Translations under genes and position numbers: made by a program | NCBI GenBank assembly: GCA_009103225.1 | Contig: RHPI01002264.1 | Coordinates: 37,633 to 101,632, forward strand | Reading direction: 5' to 3' | DNA length: 64,000 nucleotides | DNA from: Chlorokybus atmophyticus | Lineage: Eukaryota > Plantae > Mesostigma and Chlorokybus algae | Shown: one piece after another, positions 59,233 through 64,000 of the stretch | How the letters are laid out: each line of letters starts with the position of its first letter | Position numbering within the stretch: position 1 is the first letter of the stretch | Notes under the pieces: model-generated | What the model was told of the DNA's origin: nothing | The model's database searches: none | The model's input: only the letters and a program-made list of their open reading frames with translations

Positions 59233-61098
59233 CTAAGTGCATCAGTGGCGGGTGCAGCGGGTGCACTCATCAGCGTCACGCCGACCAGCACACCTTGCAG
59301 AAACAGGCTATCATTTGCAAGCCGTCCCCCCGGCAGACGCACTTGCTCTTCGGCCCAGTATCATCATGCATCATCCGCTTCTTCTCCCTCTTCTGCCGCT
59401 GCCGCGCACATATTGGGACCTATTGCAGCTCGTGTCTCCACTCCGCTCGCAACGGAGCGTAAAGCATGCATTCCTTGTCATCTGCGTCGTGGCCCACCTG
59501 CCAGGTTGCTACACGTCAGGCGCAGGACAAGAATGTTGTTGTTCAACACCTTCTGATGCAGTGCAAATAGCTACTGAACGCCCACAGGAGCCCAACTCAG
59601 CAACACACCACGTCAACAAAACAACTTATAGGGTATACAGTTTACAAGACGTACAACTGACACACCTTATCGAATGATGCATTACACACGTGCCAACAAG
59701 CATATCAACCTGGCATGCACAGACTTCCCTGGACCGTGTGCATCAGTTCATGAGTTGCTGTTGTGCAAGGCATTGGATGCATGCTAGAGAAGACACTATC
59801 ACCATGCAAGCCCCAACATCACCTCTCCAGAAGTGAGGCAGTACACGGACGTCTCGTCCTCGTCCCGCAGCAGTTCCAGCCGCCCCTGCAGCAGCGCTTG
59901 TGCTCGCAGCTTAAGCTCGCTTCTCTTGCATATAAAGCTGCAGAGTCACCCCTAACTTCAATGCCGCGTCCACAAGTCTCCGCCGCCACAGACTTGGCCG
60001 CCGATGTGATTGCCAATCAAGCTCACACCTGCCCGATCCTCGAACTCTTACATTAATGTTCAGTTTGATTGTTGCTAACAAGTATGCACAAGCGTAATGC
60101 GTGTGATACATGCGTGTATAGACGAATGCCAGCTTGCACACATGCTCACAGGCATGCACACATGAGCACGTGTATGAGTGTCTGCATGCGTGCATATGCA
60201 TCAAGTGCGTATGCATCAAGTATGCACGCGCATGCGCCTACTTGTGTGCATACGTGCATGTGTACAGGCTTAGCTACGTGCACTCATAAAAGACAATGTT
60301 GGCTGCAACCACGAGCATTGGAACATGTACGCATTGTTTCATGGGTACCTTGCCTCGTGTCTGACCAAAGCAATACCACAGGAAACCTCCGCGGCTGCCC
60401 ATGACTCCTCCACAGCTTCAAAGACATAGGCAGCGCCACCAACCTTCATCAAGCTAGCGTAGTCGTCAGACCCTCGCCATGCGCCCCCGCCAATCAAAAA
60501 GGCTTCTGCGCTGAGGCATTCCTGCCTGTCTACACCGCTGGACTCCAGATCCTCCGTGAATCTGCCAAGTGCAATAACATTGCAAACACATGCCCCTACT
60601 CAAATCCGCGGTCTACAATAAGCTGCACGAAGACAAAGTAACAAGGACAGCAAGAGATTTAATGCACAGCACGGCATCACTCACGCATGCTTCACTTGCT
60701 TGACTAGGTGTAAATCACACCGTGCATTGCAACTGCCAACAGAAAGATGGTGCACCACAATGACAGCTTGTGATGGACAATAGGTTGAGCATGCTCACTT
60801 GTAATAAGACCCCAAACCCACCTGCATCCTGCCGCAGAAGGCCAGGTGGCACCACCTTGGCCCAGCGCAGCGCTGGAAAGGCCGCCCAGCCCACCGCGGC
60901 GAGGCGGGCGGGCAGGGGATGAGGCGGAGCTTCTCCCCTGCAGCAAGCTCACATTCAGCACCATCATAACCAAGATCGAAGCAATCCTTCTCCCCCTTCT
61001 CCTCCTCCTCACTCACCGAGAGGCAGGTGCTCGCCGATGACGCTTAGCAGCTCAGGCGGGAAGGTGGTCGCTTGGCTAGGAGACGCCGCCCGCGACAT
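59233..61098 (-). pseudogene. F-box-like/Cys-rich gene copy 2 (tandem duplicate, disrupted)
   Basis: Same exon series as copy 1; net 4-nt loss in exon 2, TAG at 59420-59422 and further stops in the last exon. Confidence 0.8.
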
Positions 61099-61300
61099 TG
61101 CGCCCCTGTGGCCCGCCGCCGCCTCCGCCGTCAAGCCTACAACCAAGGCTAGGGCTTCGCTGTGATGGTCGTTGTTGTTGCAGTCGTTGTCGGCATGGGC
61201 GGCGGCGTTTGTGCCGGCATTGTTGTCATCGGTATGTCCATGGCTGGGTTAGGGTTTGGGGGCAGTGCAGGTAGCATTTGAGCACACCTCGCCTTGCAGC

Positions 61301-64000
61301 ATGGCGGCAGCGGCGGTAGGGCGGTCGGCGGGGTCTGTGTCGTCAAGGAGGTCGTTTGAGGCGGGGGCGGGGTTGGGGCCGTCCACCTCCGGCGCCTCGT
61401 TCTCCTCGCTGTTTGGAGACGACTCCGCCGCCGCGGCATGGCTGCGGCCATCCGCCTTTACCGCGCCAGCATGGGACTGCGAGGCGTACATTCAGGCAAG
61501 TTGCGGTTGTTGCTGTGCGCCAAATGGAAGTTAGTTGCAGCTCAGCTGCATTCGCAGTTCATTGGCAATGCTCAAACGTAAACGCCTCTGTTTGTGCTGT
61601 GTCTTTACTTCTTGTCATTCGGTGAGGTTATCAACAAGCACAAGCATTGATCAGTGTGCTGAAAATGCAAGGACTGGTCTGGTTGTCCTCATTTTGGATG
61701 CTGAATGTTCTGTAAGTTGTACTGTTGGCTGTTGGTTGTGCACATGCAAGAACTCACACAATGAATGACCAAGTGCTCGATACCTATCTGTAGTTGCACA
61801 CACGCTAGCGTGTTTATTCAAGCTCATCGCGTACACAACATGACATGTAAAGGATACCCTTCCTCCCCTTTGTGTCTTCAGGACCAAAGACGGGTGGTGG
61901 GCTTAGAGGAGCTACGCGGGGAGTTGTCTCGGCATCTGGCGCTGCTGCAGCGGGAGCTCGTGTCGCTGATCAACCAGGACTATGCGGACTTTGTGAGTCT
62001 GTCTACAATGCTTGTGGACGTGAGCGCGAAGGCCGCACGCATGCGCCCACCGCTGCAGGACCTGCGCGCGAAGCTTGTGGAGGTGCGTGCAGCTGCCGCT
62101 GCAGCCCTCGCCGCCCTGCAACAGGGCTTGGAGAAGCGTGCCGAGGCTGCAGCCGCCCGCCAGACGCTGGAGCTCCTGCTTGATGCCGCCCACGTGGCCT
62201 CAAAGGTGGAGAAGCTGCTCGCTGAGCAGGACGGAGGAGGGGGCGACAACGACAACGAGACTATTGAGAACGGCGTGCAAGGAAGTGCTGGGCGTATGCA
62301 ACACAACAAAAGTGAGGCTGCGAGGGCGAGGCTGCTTGAGCGTGTGGCCTCAGAAATGAACCGTCTGCGATTCCTTACCACACGGGGACAGGGTTTACCG
62401 CTTGTGACGGCGTTGGCTCCACGCGTTGAGGCCGCCGAGAAGGCCCTCGTGACGCGGCTCGAGGCGTGCTTGAGGCGCGGGTTGGCCACACGGGACTCAA
62501 AGGCGTTGTTCCACGTGCTGCAGGCGTTTCTGGCAGCTGAGCATGCGCGCACGGCCGAGCGCGTGGTGCGGGAAGTCCTCGTTGCTCCCCTTGTGGCTGA
62601 CGTATTCACTGCACCCGAGGCTTCCGGAGATGTGCTTCGTGCAGAGCTGCAGTCCATTGCACCCCGCACGCAAGAACAGTTGGGTTTCCTGCTCGAGCTG
62701 ACGCACGGGTCCGGCGCCCTTGCGCACGGCTTTGACTGGCTTGCAGCCTCCGTGCTGGCAGAAGTCTCGCAGCAGCTCACTCTGAGGCGAGCCGCTGCGC
62801 TTGGACCTGGCCTTCCTGCACTCTTTCATGCTCACTACCTCGCTGCATTGGATTTCCTCTGCGCCCTCGAGGCCATGTGTCCAACAAAAGCCGCAGTGCA
62901 AGCCTTTCGCGCGCACTCTGCGTACTCAGACTTTCTGGCGAAATGGAACCTCGGCGTGTACTTCACGCTTCGTTACCAGGACTTTGCCGGCGCTCTTGAT
63001 GCTGCGTTGGACCCGTCCCGATTGTGGGAGGCAGCTGCGGCCAAGTCCACGCTCTCTCTCGCAGCCTCGAATGTGCTAAACAACGCGCTCCTGCGCTGTT
63101 GGACACCCGACACTTTCCTGGCCGCACTCTCCCACCGCTTCTTGAAACTCTCACTGCAACTCCTGGCACGCTACCGCACGCGACTGGAAGAGGGTGTCCA
63201 CGCAATTACAGGCTTCTCTACTGCTGTTGGGTACGCCCCACAAGGGCAAGGCAGCGCCTCAGCTGTGCCTCCAACATGGGCGTCCTCGGCATCGCCTGAG
63301 GACTTTGTTCTGGTAATACTGTGTGTGTCAACATGTGCAATGACGCTGGTGGCTCGTGCAATGAGCTCTTGTTGATGGTAATACTGGCATTGCTATGTTC
63401 AGATGTACTGCGACATCCAGCGCTTATCTCAAGCGGTCCAGTCGCAGTTGTTGCCTCTCGTAGCAGGCTGCCTCTCGCATCTACCAGAGGCGGCTTCAAA
63501 AGTGAGTTGACAGATGTTGCCATCATCATTGATGAGCACTGCATCGTTACCAACAGTGTCAACCATGTTGTATGCACCAAAGCAATTGTCATTTGTCATG
63601 TAGGGTGCTCAGTCTGCTTTGCAAAACGCGGCAGAGTCCCTCGCTGCTTTGTCTCCAGCTATCATGGCTGTGGTGATGGACGCACTAACCGAGAAGTGCG
63701 CTGAGGTATGCAGAAGGTCACATTGGTCAGTTATCGTGTACAATGAGCTTGTGTCAGTACTAAGCTGTAGTGTCTTGTACCCATTGCTGCGCACAGGTGG
63801 TGAAGCAGCTGCGTAGCATTACAACACTGTACCGCATGACCAACAAGCCGATGCCCACGCGGCCTTCACATTTCGTGCCACTTATACTACAACCCTTGCG
63901 CGCATTTAGTGACGGAGAGCGAGCAGCGCTGTTGAGTCCAGAGCGCAGAACAGAGCTCGCGCATGGTGTAGCCCTCAAAGTTACCACCAGGTGCCGATGC
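61301..64000 (+). CDS. COG2: Conserved oligomeric Golgi complex subunit 2 (3' end beyond the window)
   Basis: WLRPSAFTAPAWDCEAYIQ|DQRR...LRGELSRHL...ELVSLINQDYADFVSLST, KWNLGVYFTLRYQD, LAALSHRFLKLSLQLLARY, RMTNKPMPTRPSHFV. Confidence 0.92.

Noticed and set aside
26300-60400. Many Cys/His/Val/Met-rich ORFs in the ORF track
   Set aside because: They are translations of TGCA/GT/CA-rich introns or antisense frames of GC-rich exons.

Overview
Eukaryotic DNA with spliceosomal introns, probably from a flagellated green alga or early-diverging streptophyte alga. This is an inference from a CEP135/BLD10 homologue, a plastid-transit-peptide methyltransferase and a DNMT-bearing Ty3/Gypsy element. Bases 1408-23797 are a three-layer nest of retrotransposons, each with an intact target-site duplication (TSD). 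(A) An old chromodomain Ty3/Gypsy on the + strand, TSD GCTGA. (B) A young Ty3/Gypsy-type element on the - strand (5152-20814, TSD CCAA) inserted in A's reverse transcriptase (RT) gene; it encodes Gag, an unknown domain, protease, a C5 DNA methyltransferase, RT, RNase H, a DDE integrase and a PHD finger. (C) A Ty1/Copia on the - strand (10121-14711, TSD GATAG) inserted in B's methyltransferase. The standout is B's termini. They are not paired LTRs but split direct repeats (A1-ORFs-B1-A2-B2), the layout known from tyrosine-recombinase retrotransposons. They include an internal palindromic CA-GC-TG junction that equals the two element ends joined, a 14-bp redundancy adjacent to both priming sites, and a Tf1-like 15-nt self-priming complementarity in place of a tRNA primer-binding site (PBS). 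Together these suggest, by inference only, a DDE retrotransposon that integrates from a circular intermediate. The remainder is host gene space: KXD1-like, cathepsin H-like plus degraded duplicates fused to an EXO1 tail, EXO1, a SAM methyltransferase, a GH-A glycoside hydrolase, TTC27, CEP135, a duplicated F-box-like/Cys-rich gene and COG2 (runs off the window end). At least three introns need GC donors. All coordinates and counts were read by eye.
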